The notes under the pieces are model-generated. The model saw only the letters and a list, made by a program, of their open reading frames with translations, was not told the origin of the DNA and ran no database searches. Both the position numbers and the translations under genes were made by a program. A stretch of 64,000 bases of DNA from Octopus vulgaris (Eukaryota): positions 136,028,001 through 136,092,000 of the forward strand of contig OX597814.1 in assembly GCA_951406725.2 (NCBI GenBank), in the 5' to 3' direction. Below are positions 1 through 14,088 of this stretch, piece by piece (the stretch's first letter is position 1; each line of letters starts with the position of its first letter).

Positions 1-392
1 GTTGAAAATCTGCCTCAACAAATCCCATCTGACTCATGCTAGCATGGAAAAGTGGATGTTAAAATGAAGACAGTGATGATGAGGAATGCTTACACAGTGT
101 TATTTCTCTTTCTCTCATACTTTCTCGCTCAACCTCAATCTCTCTTTCTCTCTCTCTCTCTTTTCCTACATGCACATTTTTACCCTTATTGTTTTAAAAA
201 TCTTGAAAACATTTGCTTTGTTTTTGTTACTGGAGCAAATAACTGAATTTTTTTTTTAGAATATCAGTGAGAAATAGTTTCTCTTGAGTATCTAGTTGAA
301 AAAAAATTTCTTGTCCAGTCATGTCTTTGCTATTTTGTTGCTCTAAGACTATATGTAGTGTTAAGCATATGTGCTGTTTTAAATATTATTAG

Positions 393-434
393 GCAAGATG
401 CCCTTGGTAATCCTGAAACCCTTAATGGGAACAG
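393..434 (+). CDS. NDRG: NDRG-family gene, 42-nt exon (xQDALGNPETLNGN-S); upstream exons lie outside the window
   Basis: tag|G..AG|gtcagt; phase 2-2, frame-preserving, joins in frame to the exon at 9893 (ag+c = Ser). Confidence 0.7.
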
Positions 435-744
435 GTCAGTATGCAGTTCTTCTTAGATTGTAGTCTTACACAACTAGCGTCTTGCTTGCTATCACCTTTA
501 CAGCAGTTTCTTTTTCCCCCCCATCCTGCTTTCACTGCTATATTTATATTATTATTATTTTAAAATTTACCCTTCTGTTTTCTGAAGTGATGATAATCCT
601 AGTTAAAATAGTTGTTTAATAATAATTATATATTTTATACATTGCATGTTAATTCTATTTTTAAATTCCAAATTTAACTTGTAAATTCTTCATTTTCAGG
701 AATATTATTTTTTAATTACTGTTTAATTCCTTTTAACCTGCCCC

Positions 745-792
<48 letters not shown>

Positions 793-1295
793 TATTATTA
801 TTATTATGGCCTAGTGGTTAGGGTGTTGACTTAAGATCGCGAGATCATAATTTCAATTCCTATTGGCGACCAGCTGGCTGAATATCTGTTGTGCATAACA
901 TAAACATGTTCTTCATGGTATAAATGTTTTACAGTATTATAAGGGGGAACCAGTCTCACCATTCATGGTATGTGTGTACTAATATAGAATTATACTACAG
1001 GGTGATTCAAAGGTCGACATACATAGGAAAAATTTATTTATTTCTAAGAAACAGTTTATAAGAACATTTTTTATTTAATAGGCTCTATATGGTTTCCATT
1101 GTTTTGAATACACATTGCAATACGTTTACCCAACTCATTGTGAACTCGTAATAACACATCTGGTGATACCTGTTGTTGTTGATACATGGAGACTTGAATC
1201 ATACTGTTATGAAAGTGTATTGGTTTCCTTGTGTTGTAGAATTAAAGTGTAGGCCATAGGTACAATACTTTTACTTTTCAATATTTTACACTGCT

Positions 1296-1715
1296 AAGGT
1301 GGTGAACTGGCAGAATTGCTAGCACGCTGGGCAAAATGCTTAGTGGCATTTTGTCCATCGTTATGTTCTGAGTTCAAATTCTGCTTGAGTCAACCTTGCC
1401 TTTCATCCTTTCAGAGTCAATAAAATAGGTACCAGTTGAGCACTGGGGTTGATGTTATTGATTTACCTCCTCCTCTGAAATTGCTGGCCTTGTGCCAATA
1501 TTTCACACTGCTCAGATGGTGGCCTGGCAGAATTGCTAGCACACTGGTCAAAATGCTTAGTGGCATTTCATCTGTCATTATGTTCTAAGTTCAAATTCCG
1601 TCAAGGTTATCCTTTTGGGGTTGATAAAATAAGTACCAGTTGAGCACTGGGGTTGATGCAATCGACTTACTCCTCCCTACAAAATTGCTAAGCTTGTGCC
1701 AAAATTTGAAACCAA
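1296..1715 (+). mobile_element. Two tandem SINE family A copies
   Basis: gctggcagaat.gttagca...ctgagttcaaattc (B-box-like)...gcctttcatcctttc...aagtaccagttgagcactgggg. Confidence 0.85.
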
Positions 1716-2394
1716 CCTTTAACACTGCTGTGAATTAATAACCAGGTGAAATATTTAGAATATTTCCATGTTAAAAATGAAAGATTTTTTTTAGTTTCCT
1801 TATTAAAAATAATAATAAAAAAAAGCTTAATCACTTCAGACTCTTTGTTCACAATTGTTAGTTGTCCATGTGTTGATGGAACCCCAACTGTTCACTAAAT
1901 TTGCCACTGAACTCACTGCAGATCTTAATCCTTCTTTTAGCACAATCTTTCTGCAATTGATTGAAGTCAAACTAGAATTCAGTATTGCACATTCTCATCA
2001 TAAAATACTGTTTGCTATTATTTTTCAGTGCATTGTTTCAGCAGTATTTTCTCACACAATTCTGATTAATTTACTTGTATCTGGAAGTATTTTATAAATT
2101 CCTGTTTATGTATCATAGAAGCTGAATACATTTCTTGTCTCATCATAAATGTATTACCACCAATCATTGCTGCTTCTTAAATCTTTCTTGCACACTTTAT
2201 TGTGTTGACTTTTTCGGTGACTTGACCTTCAATAATAATTATTTCACAATTTCCACTTTCACTGTACTTACTTTGATATTCTCTCCACTAAGTATCCTCA
2301 AATGTACCACAATGCATTTCATCTCCAAGAAGGGCTGCTTCTCTGACCTTCCTAGGTATTGATTAATTGTTTTCACTTCCACCATGCAAAAAGC

Positions 2395-3700
2395 AGTCAC
2401 TGACATTCAGCGTCTTCAACGCTTTGAGTCTCTTTCTTTTCAGAGACCTACTTGATTATTTGATTCTCTAGCAATCCTTTACCCTTGGTGAAAGCTCATT
2501 GAATACTGCTGTCATTTCACTTGATATCAGCAAAGCATTTGACTATAACTGACATTAGAATGTCCTAGCTAAGCTGCATGTCTCTGAGCTTCATTTGTTA
2601 TTCATCCCTTGGATTGAAAGCTTTCTGTGAGATTATACCATCATGGCAAGCACTAGCAAGGGCTCTCTATAATCTACATTCTGTCAACTCCAGTGTCCCT
2701 TAACCCATTAGCATTTAAAGTGGCTATATCCAGGCCATATATTTTACCTGTCTTATGTTCAAACCAGCCAAATCAGACCTCTTACACCAACCCTACAATG
2801 TTATTCTAAAAATAAACAATCACATCATTGGAATTTCAGAGTTATGAGATAATGCAAGATTAATTCAAAACAAGGTGAATAAATAAGCATTACATTTGAC
2901 AGTAATCTGAATGCTAAAGGGTTAAGATTCACTTATGTTCCCCACATTCTTCTTCTCAGGCATTAAAGACCTGCTGGCTGTCATACCTAAGAGTGCTCAT
3001 TCCTATGCAGGTTATACCATTCTTCATTTTTCTTCAAACCTTCCTTACACAGGCATCATCTACATATAATCTAGATATGTAAATGAAAAACCTGCCTTGC
3101 CTCTTTGAATAGAGACCTTGAAAACATTCCTTACTAGGTCATATATTGATCTTGTCTCTTTGAAAATATTCACAGGTTCAATCTCAGATCTTATTTTAGG
3201 AACGAACTTGTACCCCTTTGGTTTTAGATATCATACAAAACTATCCAAGTTGTGAAATGTGTTAGATTCACTATCTCTAATTATCTTTCTTGGTCGTCTC
3301 GCATCAATAACATAGTAAAATTTGCATCCCAAAGATTCACCTTAATCTTCAGGGTCTGAAAGTACTTTGTCTCCAATCAACTGCTGACTTTTTTCCAAAG
3401 TTGTAAGATCTACAGTGGAAATACTGCTCTCACATCTAGTACATTTCCACCACTACACATGCAAACATCTCTAGCTGCATTGAAAAGGTCACTTGTTTGA
3501 ATAGCAAAAATTTACCCACTTACTACAACGTCAGGCCAGATGCAGTGTCTCTCTACTAACCCTCTTCTATCGCTATTACAATGACCTCTGAACTAGCTAT
3601 TTTCCCCATCATCCACACCTTACTGTATCCATCCCTTTAGGTCTCCACTAAATACTTTATCCAAATCTTCCATTGAAGAACACTAATAGATTTCTGTTTC
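2395..3700 (+). mobile_element. Old LINE RT relic (CR1/Jockey-like) split by a MITE
   Basis: LDISKAFD near 2520, NSxVP at ~2690 broken at a TTAA, YADD-like remnant near 3004. Confidence 0.6.
2700..2925. mobile_element. piggyBac-type MITE, orientation A (also ~21802-21996 and ~40661-40886)
   Basis: TTAA-CCC...GGG-TTAA ends, ccctttagcatt-type TIR, shared internal sequence. Confidence 0.85.
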
Positions 3701-5737
3701 CTGCTTTGAAATAATTTCCATCCATTGTAAATCCACCAAAGCTTATTTGATTATTCAAATTACTCACTCCTGCACACCATATCTAATACCTTTCCTAATA
3801 ATTCTTTCTTTTTGGAACAATGGATCTTGAAGCACATAAAGCTATAAATAATAGCATTAAGGTTGATTATGGGACACAAACCCAAGTCTACTGTAGATAT
3901 CATGCCTTCAGGAAATGTGGGTTTGCACCTGATTTGCAAACGTCACCTTTTTCTGTCCAGAAGAGTTTTTCAATCCAATATTTAAGTGCTATTATTTATA
4001 GTTTTATGTGATTCAAGACCCACTGTTCCAAATAAATGAAAAAAAAAAATGTTCTTTCACATTCTGTTGATGATAGAATTTATGTCATCAACAACCTTAC
4101 CTAATATTTTCTTTTTCACAGAATGGTATCTTTTGGATATGTAGTTTTCTATATGTATTTTTTTCTCTGCCACTTACAAATGTACAAAGATTCAAAGTGA
4201 CAATTCATTATACTAACCTCATTCAATTATGCTTAGACTAAAAACAAACAAACAAAAAAAAACCTCTTTTGCCGACCACTAGAGAAGTACTTCTGTAAGT
4301 GAGTTTAATATTTTTAGCCTGTCTCAAGATGTAAACAAAATTGTTTTTCTATTTCTAGTATAATCATTCCTAAGTCTTCTGTATGACCTTTCATTTATAC
4401 TCTGTAATTAGATTGTCCTTATCTCAATAGTGTTGATAAAATGCTCAAGTGTTCCTCTCACCATCCCTCAACTGCAATTAATTCTCCATATTTGTTTACT
4501 TGTTTACTTTATTCTAGAGACTATAACTTGTGATTTGTTTTGCTTTTTTAAATTCCTTTGTATAATAGAAAAGCTCTGTGCTTGCATTTGCCCATGTACA
4601 CCTGTCTCTTTCTTTCTCTCTCTCTCTTAAATAGTGTAATTGCTTATATTTTTATGAATGGTTTTGTCTGGCAGAAATGGCTGCACCTATAGCCTTTATT
4701 GCAAGTTCCTCATCTAGAACCAGTAAAATCAGTACAGTTGATTATCCATTTTAAATAGTTGCAAGTTGGTGACTGAGGGGAAAAACATGGGCAAAGAGGA
4801 AATTTGAAGAGGGATGACATTTTTAGGAGGAACACCTGTATGTAATAGTTAATACAGGATATGGTAGATGAGTGGACAGAACAGGGTGAGAAAAGGAAGA
4901 GGGATAAGTGTATCAAGTGGGCCTGAGTAAAGGTGACAAAAGACCAGCAACTGCCAAGGAATTTATTTTACAGACATTTCATCATATTTGAGCTGCTCAC
5001 TCTTTGGCTCATGAATTAGGCCAGTCTTCTATATAATTTTAATCATGCTATATTCAATGCCAATCAGATTCTTGGCTATTGTTTTTTCTTCTTGATCTTT
5101 ATTGTTTTCTTTTTGGTAATATATCATAATCTTTCAGTTTGTATAGTTTCAACTGCAAGTTTTAATTTTTCTTGAAATTTGTTTTCTTCTGCTCACTAAA
5201 AATATTCACATAACATCTTACATAAAATAGATCAGTCAATAATCTATATAATCAATAGATCAATATTCCATACAATTTCTCTTCTTGTCTTCAGTACTTC
5301 AACATTATGATTGAAGGTGTTCACACCTGTGCCTGAGTGTTAGTTATCCAAGCACAGAAGTGGCTTAAGCAAAGGCATGGATGTGTGGTATGAAGCTTAC
5401 TTTCCAACCATGTCATCTTGGGTGTAGTCCCAATGTGCAACACATTGGGCAAGTGACTACTATAGTGCTGGACTGGCCAAAACCTTCTGAGTGGATTTGG
5501 CTGACAGAAACTGAAAGGAACCCATCTTTAAAAGACCTTTGCATTTTCAAATCCCCTTCCCTATATATTTTCACTTGCGCAGTACCTTCGAAATAACAGT
5601 TTAGCTAGGTGTAAATACACCTAAGGGATATCAAATATCTGAAGAATTTACTGGTTTATATTACCTATATCAATAACAATGTTACTTCAATAGGTAAATA
5701 AAATAAACATACCAGTTTATTAGTTTATTAGTATATA

Positions 5738-5899
5738 AAATCAGAAATGGAAAAACAAAACAAAACAACTAAACAATTATATATTCAATTCAATTTAAAT
5801 ATTTTAAGAGATTTGTGTTATTTGTTTGTATAAAATATTTAAATTGAATTGAATATATAATTGTTTAGTTGTTTTGTTTTGTTTTTCCATTTCTGATTT
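5738..5899. repeat. Perfect 69-bp inverted repeat with a 24-nt loop
   Basis: 5738-5806 is the exact reverse complement of 5831-5899. Confidence 0.92.
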
Positions 5900-6539
5900 A
5901 TATATTTATGCTTGTGTGTTTGTATGTATTCTTGTCTAGGCATTATGTAATGGTTGTAAATGAACATCATCATCTTACAAATGAGGTTGTTTGTTTCTAG
6001 TCTTCTGTGAAAAACATGTCTAGCTATGGGAAAATATTAACTTGCTTGGAGACAGGTGAGAATTGGAGACAAGAAGAGTATCCAGCCATAGAAAATCTGC
6101 CCCAGCAAATTCTATCTGATCCATGCAAGCTTGGAAAGTGGGCATTAAATAACGATAATGAAGATTTCTAACTTGCCTTATTGAGGCATTCTAAATCACT
6201 TTCAATGTAAACTTCATGACTCAAATTGCTGCTCTGGACACACAGCATCTTTGTTAGTTAACCATGATATATGATAGGAAGTTATTACAGCTCATAATAC
6301 AGAACAGGGAAACCTAATTAGATAAATGAGAGGAGGATAGGTGAATCAGACAAGAATACTTGCATGGCGGTGGTATGACCCCAGCAGCTCCAAGGAGTAC
6401 AACCTATTGTAATAATGGTAGAAAGGCGGAGAGAAGAGACGGTGCACCACTAGGCTAGAAGTACTGGTATAAATGAGGAATCAGAGTAGAGTAACAATAA
6501 GTTTTGAAACAGTTGCTTTTAAATATTCTCCTTCTCTCT

Positions 6540-7900
6540 GATTTTCAAAGAGACATTCACATCCACCAAGTGGCTGACCTTTATGATTGTACAAGCTTTC
6601 TCTTATCAATCCCAAATAACTACATCAGACATGTTATGTTTGCACTTGTTCCTCCACTATACCTTGTACTTTTGTGTATGCATTTGATAAATTGGACATG
6701 TTTTATATTTGTCCTGTATAGTCTTTCCTACAGACAGCACTGTGTATTGTTTTAGCAATAACATCTGTTGCAATAGCAAGTAGCCTTGACAACATATTTG
6801 GTCAGTTACTGATCACATTTCCACAGAATTGTGGTGTAATTGAAATATTTGGTTGCATCTTGGTGGTTTAGAGGCTTCACTATCACTTTTGTATTTTGTA
6901 CATTAGATACTCCTGGATTGCAAGAGTCTAATCTTTGAGATGTGATGTAATAGTCATGAGTCCAAGAGAAGCTACTCTTCATGTTAATATTATCATCCTT
7001 CTTAAATTACTAGGAAACAAAACCATACATTAGATTTTTGTGGTATGCTGAGTGTTTGTCTTTCAGGTCTTTGTTGCAGATACTAATCCTGCAGTTCTAA
7101 TCTCACAAGAATGGTCATCAGGAAGTGAGTTACTTCTTGGGATGTTTACTGCTGATTTGCAGTATGTTTTTTTGCTTTATTTTTGTTCACTTGGTAGATG
7201 TATTTTTGCTGCTGCTGTTTAGCAGGTGCTTTCCAAATTATACCTTATCATTTTCCTCCCTTTTTTCTTCCAAGATAAAGTCTATAAATATCACTGTTAC
7301 TATGGAAGTCTCTTGTTGATGTCATGGATTTCCTCTATAGATTGGTCAGTTCTTCCTCCATATCAATACTGTTACTGCAAATGATTGAGGAATATTGTTG
7401 CAAGAGGAAAGCTTTGATTGTTATATTTTTTAATCTGGTATAATGTTCTTTGGTTGCTTTACCTCTGTTCATAGCACCTTTGCATCATATTTCATCAAAA
7501 CCTAGCTATTTGTAGCACTCTTAGTGTGGAAACAGAGGAAATAGAGAAACCATTGATGCAAAGGTTTGAGGTTATTTTTCCATATCCAGCCATCAAATCT
7601 GAACATTTCTTTTGGTCAAATTGCATCCCTATATCAGCAGAGAATATTGTCAATAAATCATACTGTTTATCAGAATTGTAAATATTTCAAGTATTGATCT
7701 TTATATCGTCTTCAAAGAATTTATGGATTATATTAGTGTATCTTGTTGTATACCCTTGCGCATAAAAGAACCTGACAGTGGATTTAGAGCCAAAGTAAAC
7801 CCAGATAGGCTGACTCTTTGGAATATTCCCTTTGAAATATGACATTGAAGACAATCATTTCACTTTCTGTTACAAGTGTGAGAATTGTAGATAGGTTTTT
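6540..7900 (-). mobile_element. Degenerate restriction-like-endonuclease non-LTR retrotransposon (R4/Dong-like)
   Basis: - strand remnants in the expected order: GIFQ..SLS, FFEDDIK, DIGMQF, YK*LGF, LAIQE and HNMSDVVIWD (HNRPD-like). Confidence 0.7.
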
Positions 7901-9145
7901 TGTGACCCTTTCAATGACAGCAACTAAGGCAGCAAGTATTTATTGTCAACTGCAGTGACTTCAGCAGCCTTGAATAGGGAATGGAATTGAATGCCTCTAT
8001 ATGGATGAATTAATTTTTGTACTGTTGTACTGTTGTTCCCCCTTTTTTTTTATGCAGATCCCCTTCATTCAGTGTCTTTTTTAAAAAGCCAGCTCATGTG
8101 TTAACTCGCCTGTTAATTTTCAAATGTATCACTTTATGTTGTAGTCATCCAGTTTCCAAAACTTCCTGCCAACTACAATTAATTCTTTCTTATTTGTTTT
8201 ACTCTTGCTACATTTTTTTTCTGTTTTATTCTGAAGAAACTCTAAGTAATGATTAAAAATAAAATAAAAAAGAGAACTTTATTCTTTTAAATAACAGTAT
8301 AAGATGAGTTGTCTAGGTGTAATTTTCTCAACTAATTGCATTTTGCTTTGTTTTTTTTAATGTTTTCTCTGTTATTATTCATGAATTTTGTTTCTGAATA
8401 TTTTGGCAAAATGATAGAAAAACAATTATCATTTGCTTTATGTCTCACAAATTTTTAAAGAAGTAAGCTAAGAACTGTAAATGTCAGTTAGGCAGTAATG
8501 TTCAAATTAAACAGTAATTTGATTAGTGATCCATTCAGTTGTGTCAAGAATAATTCTTTATCTTCCATATAACAGTTTTAGGTAACAAATATCAGTTACT
8601 CTTTTATATCATCATAATATCAGTGCCAATACTTATTTGATATGAGAAGAATTTAGCTACCTTCATAGTAATATAGTTCCTGTCTTTTGTTTCTTAACTG
8701 TTTAAAATCTGATTTTCTGTTTCTCTTTTCTACCAATTTAGTTTCGGTGTTCAGTTACTAGTTCAGTTTTTATTTTCATTTTGTTTTAATTTTCTTTCCG
8801 CACTTTAGTTTGTATTTTGTAAAATGTCTAGCTGTTCTTCTAGAACAGCTGGATGAGTTTAGTCTCATTTGATGCACATCAGTTGCTAATGAGTCTTATT
8901 ATTCGATTGACTTGAATCGCCTGCCACAAATGATTGAAACAAAAAAAAAAAGAAAGAAAAAAATGAAAAGAATTTGCTTCTATATTTTTTTTTCAAACAA
9001 TGCACTCACTCTCTTCAGATTTTGTTGCAAACTGCATTTGAATATTTTTGTTCTTTTAATTTTTATATTGAATATTTTTTGTATATAGAATGATTTAGTG
9101 TACTGATATGATTAAATTATATATTTTGAAAATTATATATAACTA

Positions 9146-9176
<31 letters not shown>

Positions 9177-9497
9177 GTAAAAGTTTTTAATGGTAAAAAA
9201 TTAAACATTAAGTATTTAAAATAATGCATTTTCTTAAAGCTTGTAAAAAAAGGAAGGCCTATTCATTAGGTTATTTATTATATATTAAGAATTCAAGTTT
9301 TCTAGCAATACTTTAGAAATATTTCTTCATTGCTGCTTATCTGATGCCAAATATTTAAACAAATTTTCTTTTTCCACCATTCAGTTTCATTAGATGAATG
9401 CTTACTGAAAGTATAACACATACTGTTACAGAAAGAAATATCAAAACACTCTTTATTAAAATTGACTTCTATTTGTGTGTGTGTGTGTATATGTATA

Positions 9498-9528
<31 letters not shown>

Positions 9529-9892
9529 TCTTCAGTTTGGTGTTAGATCCTCTGTCAGCTGCTTAGAATCTAAATTCTTTATGCTCTTTCTTTGTGTTAC
9601 AACATAAATGAATAATTTAGCAGGGCTGAATGAGGGGAAAGTACATAACATAAATTGCTGGCATCAAGAATTAAGTTAAATTGTATTAATGTTTATAACA
9701 AAATAATCTACTGTTTAAAATATCCATGGATTTAAAATACAATTTTATGTATAAAAATGAAGAAAGAAGATTTCAATGTGTTGTTAATAGATGTGTAATT
9801 AGTTGTTAAAACCAATTTGTTCATCTGAGATGTGTCTTGTGTATGACATTTCTTTTTAGATAAAATACTCTAGCCTCTATCTCTTTTTCTAG

Positions 9893-9955
9893 CTATTCTT
9901 ATCCTACCATGGAGCAACTTGCTGATGCTGTCCACCATGTTGTCGAGCATTACAA
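9893..9955 (+). CDS. NDRG: NDRG exon (YSYPTMEQLADAVHHVVEHY-N)
   Basis: Pyrimidine tract-ctag acceptor, gtaagt donor; matches the NDRG YxYPTMxQLA motif; 63 nt. Confidence 0.95.
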
Positions 9956-10189
9956 GTAAGTGTTGTTTCTTTTTCTTATTACTGGTGTGTGACTATTTTA
10001 AATAATACTTCCTTATTTCTCTCTTATTTTATTATCTTGTTGATACCATTATAACATTTTTTTTAAAGTTCAGAATAATTACAATTTTTTTTTTAATGTT
10101 TCACTCCTTACAAGTGTTGTTGTTGCAATAGATACAATAATGATATATAATGCTGTGTAACAATTTTATTTTTTTTTGGTCAATAAATG

Positions 10190-10595
10190 TTATTTCCTAT
10201 TTACTTCTGTTTAGAAATCAGAAACGATTATTATTCCCTTCAAACTTTGCTTTTGTGACCTGGACATCAATGTTTTGAAACTGGCTTGTTTTCCATTACA
10301 TTCCAGACAGGTTCAGTGCTGAATTGCTGAAGCAGAAATATCGTTATAACAAATATTCTGCCCAGGACCATAGATTTGCTTGTCAGTTGCTTGACCGTAA
10401 CCACTTGTGCATGTCCCTTAATCGCTGACAATATGTGCATCTATGATCATGAGCAGGAGTGGTGGGGGAGCATCATAACCATACGCTGAGAGGAATTCTT
10501 TGGGGTTTGAATAATTGTAACAAAAACAAAGTTTGAAGGAAATATTAGCCATTTTTTTTTCATACTGTTTAGGTGTAAGCAAATAGGAAATGGCA
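10190..10595. mobile_element. Element with ~70-bp imperfect terminal inverted repeats
   Basis: atttcctatttactt...cccttcaaactttgcttttgt versus acaaaaacaaagtttgaagg...aagcaaataggaaat. Confidence 0.7.
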
Positions 10596-11019
10596 GTTGC
10601 TACCCAAGGACAGAAAGCATATTATACAATATAATGCAACAGATATAGTAATGATGGCAACATTTGATTTTGTTTCATCTTATCTGAAGCTAGTTGTCAA
10701 ATACATTGTCATGGTCATAGCCGGACTAGAGTTACACTATATATTTTCTCATGATGTGATTGTGGCAGAAACAAGACAAAATCCATCCATTCAATCATTC
10801 AATAATGTTACACTTTGCTAAGCTAATGTGGAAGATGCATGTTTTAATGCTGTCACCAACCTTACTCTGTGCATTTGATGAAAACCTTTTAATTATAGTT
10901 TTAATTATAGAGACTATTTGCAGGAGTAGTATTTAGGGACTGTAGGAAAATGTATACTATTAGAATACAATACTGTTAGCCGCACAAACACTGTGTACTT
11001 GATAAACAGCACACTAGAT

Positions 11020-11245
11020 TTAACCCTTTTGTTACCATATTTCTGTTGAAATACTCTTTGTTTCAATTAATTTTGAAACCAATGAAGAATTTATTAAAGT
11101 CATTGTGTTCTTATTAAATTTGTGTTTTTGGAATATAAATTAACATGAAATTTCGGTGGAAGATTTCAATTTAGAACATTTTAAAACAGTGAATTTGTAT
11201 CAGGATTATTGTTGGTCTCTGGCAAATTAGCACCAAAAGGGTTTA
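11020..11245. mobile_element. Second TTAA-flanked MITE family
   Basis: ttaacccttttg...caaaagggttta termini. Confidence 0.65.
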
Positions 11246-11766
11246 GTGTGTGGTTCAGATCTTCTCAAGAGCTTAGCTTGAAGAAAGATAAACTCCACCA
11301 ATCCCAGAAACTCCTCCATGGAGGAAACATAGTCTATCTCACCTGTGTCAGAAGTCATAATCTCTGGCAACTTCAGTGTGCACATCTCCCTTTGTCTATA
11401 ACCAAAATGTTACTCTACCAATATTAACTGCTGTTGTAATGCCATTTTTGAGTATTTCTGCAACAAGTTTCTTAAGTCTAAACGTATATCTGACAGACAC
11501 ACTGTCACTTCTAAAACCTGATCATAAATGTTTCTTACCAAACTGGAATAATTTTGGTCATTACCTAGATAAGGCTTTCCACTTCAACCTGCAAAACAAC
11601 CTTGGACTCTGTCGTCGTCACAATGCGCTTGAGTTAGATAAATAAAAAGAGAAAGAAAAGATTGATGCAAGGGAAGAAACTCTTCATTGGACTTAAAATT
11701 AACTAACGGTTATTGCTTGACAATATCAAACATCGACTCAGACAATGCATTAGCAAATCCTCATCA

Positions 11767-11862
11767 TCTTTCTTTCTTTTTCTTTCTTTCTTTTTATTTC
11801 TCTCTCTCTCTTTTTCCTTTTCTTTCTTTTTTCTTTTTCTTTCTTTCTTTCTTTTTCTTTCT

Positions 11863-11922
<60 letters not shown>

Positions 11923-11980
11923 CTCTCTCTCTTTCTTTTTCTTTCTTTCTCCACCTTCTTCTCTCCCCTCCTTCTTTATT
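11767..11980. repeat. Polypyrimidine (TC)n/(TTTC)n tract
   Basis: Direct reading. Confidence 0.95.
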
Positions 11981-11996
11981 GAATTTAAACTAATTA

Positions 11997-13183
11997 TTGG
12001 ATCACCCCATAAATAATGTGGTTTTTTTCAATTACATGAACTAAAAGTCATAGGGGGACAGTATAAACTACCTGCATCGACTTGCTATAAAAGCAAGTGG
12101 TAATTTTACCTTGTTATTATTCTTAGTGCAAGTTTTGAAGAGTGCAGTCCGTTTTTAACAGTTATTTTTTCAAAGCTATAATGGAAGTGATAAAGGAGCA
12201 TATTCAGCATATTTTGCTTTATGAGTTCAATAAAGGCAACAATGCAACAGAAAGTGTGAGGAATATTAATGCAGTATATGGGGATCAGACAATATGCGTA
12301 AGCCAGTTCCAGAAATTCTGAACTGGAAACTACAGCCTAGAAGACGAGCCTTGTCCTGGAGGATGTCGTGCAAACCCTGGTGGAACAAAATCCCATTGTA
12401 ACTGTTGAGGAACCAGCAGAGAAGCTTGGATTCAGTCATTCAACCATTCATTGACTCCTGCGTGCCATCAGAAAAGTCAGCAAATTGGGTCAATGGGTTC
12501 CTCACAAACTTTCCAAGTCTTATCGCATGCAGAGACTGCTGGTGATGAGAAATGGGTTCTCTATTAAAATGTCAAAGCGCCGAAGGCAATGAGTAGGGAA
12601 AGGAGAAACACTGGCACCCCAGGCTAAAGAAGGTCTTCACCCACGTAAGGTTTTGTTATCTGTTTGGTGGGCTATGAAAGGTTAAGTCCACTTTGAACTT
12701 ATAAACCCAAACCAAACGATAACAAAAGAGATCTCAGAACAGCTTGAGTGGCTTAAGTCAGTGCGAGAAGAAAAAGGACCATCGTTGGTTTCCAGACGAA
12801 AGGTGTTCTTCCATCAGGTTAACACTCGGCCATACACGGCAAGAATGACATTCCAAAGGCTGCAGCAGCTTGAATGGGAAACGATGTCCCTCTCCCACCA
12901 TATTTGCTGGACATTTCCCCATCTGATTATCATTTATTCCAAAATCATTTGGATGGAAAAAATATGAATTCTGTAGATGAAGTTAGAACAGTACTGGGGG
13001 AGTGTTTTTTGCTATGGGTAAGTGAATTTTGGAAGAGGGGCCCTGCAAGTCTACCAGATAGATGGAAGAACATTGTAGAAAATGAGAGTAAATTTTAGAT
13101 TAAAAAAGAACTTGGTTTATCTTAATTTTGAAAAACGAAAGAAGTATAAAAAAAAAAAACACATTATTTATGGGATGACCCAA
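11997..13183 (+). mobile_element. Near full-length mariner (DD34D-type) transposon with a dead transposase
   Basis: TIRs ttggatcaccccataaataatg / cattatttatgggatgacccaa, TA on both sides; ORF remnants 12181-13098 with WVPHKL, GDEKWVLY, HQVNTRPY and ISPSDYHLF; stops and frameshifts. Confidence 0.93.
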
Positions 13184-13324
13184 TATAAACAATGTATTTA
13201 ATACAAAACAATTATAATTCATATCAGAATTCATCTATCCACAAAAAAATCTTTCTAAGCATCTATTCTGGCCGTGTTGTTGTTGTTGTTATTATTATTA
13301 TTATTATTTATTATTATTATTATT

Positions 13325-14045
13325 TGGCTCTGCCTTTCTTCATTTTGGGGTTGATAAAATAAGTACCAGTTGAACTCTGGTGTTGATGTAATCAACTTAT
13401 CCTCTCCCCTGAAATTGCTGACTTTGTGCCAAAATTTGTGACTATTACCATTATGGCAGCAAGCTGGCATAATTTTTACTACTCCAGACAAAATGCTTTG
13501 CAGCACTTCTGGCTCCTAACATACTGAGTTCAAATTCTTCCAAAATCAACTTTGCCTTTCATCCTTTCCAGATGGATAAAATAAGTACCAGTTGAGTACT
13601 GGGGTTGATGTAATCAGTCATCCCCACTTCCCCTCAAAAATTTCAGGTCTTGTGTCTGTAGTTTATAGGATCATTATTAGGAAGGGCACCTGGCTGTAGA
13701 AACCCTACAAAGACATAAGCAAAGATTGGTATAGTCTTCTGACTTGCCAGTTTCAGTCAAACCATTCTATTCCTGCTAGCATGGAAAATGCATTTTAAAT
13801 TATTATTATTATTAGTAGTATTGTGTTTTTTTTAAGGCAGTGAGCTGGCAAAATTGTTAGTACATCAGGCAAAATGCTTAGCAGTATTTTGTTTGTCTTT
13901 ATGATCTGAGTTCAAACTCTGTTGAGGTTGATTTTGTTTTTCATCCTTTTGGGTCAATAAAACAAGTACCAGTTAACCCCTGGGATTGATGTAATCAGCT
14001 TACTCTTTCCCCCAAATTCGCTGGTCTTGTGCCAAAATTTGAAAC

Positions 14046-14088
<43 letters not shown>

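Noticed and set aside
4237-4298. Longer exon reading ...LFCRPLEKYFC after the TACTAAC branch motif
   Set aside because: Needs one extra A in a homopolymer to stay in frame; as given it hits a stop
7125-7319. ORF ending in TMEVSC, identical to the vertebrate NDRG C-terminal motif
   Set aside because: Lies upstream of most coding exons and antisense within a decayed retrotransposon; no fitting exon structure, so judged coincidence
11687-12016. F/L/S-rich and K/R/E-rich ORFs
   Set aside because: Translation of the polypyrimidine tract on either strand
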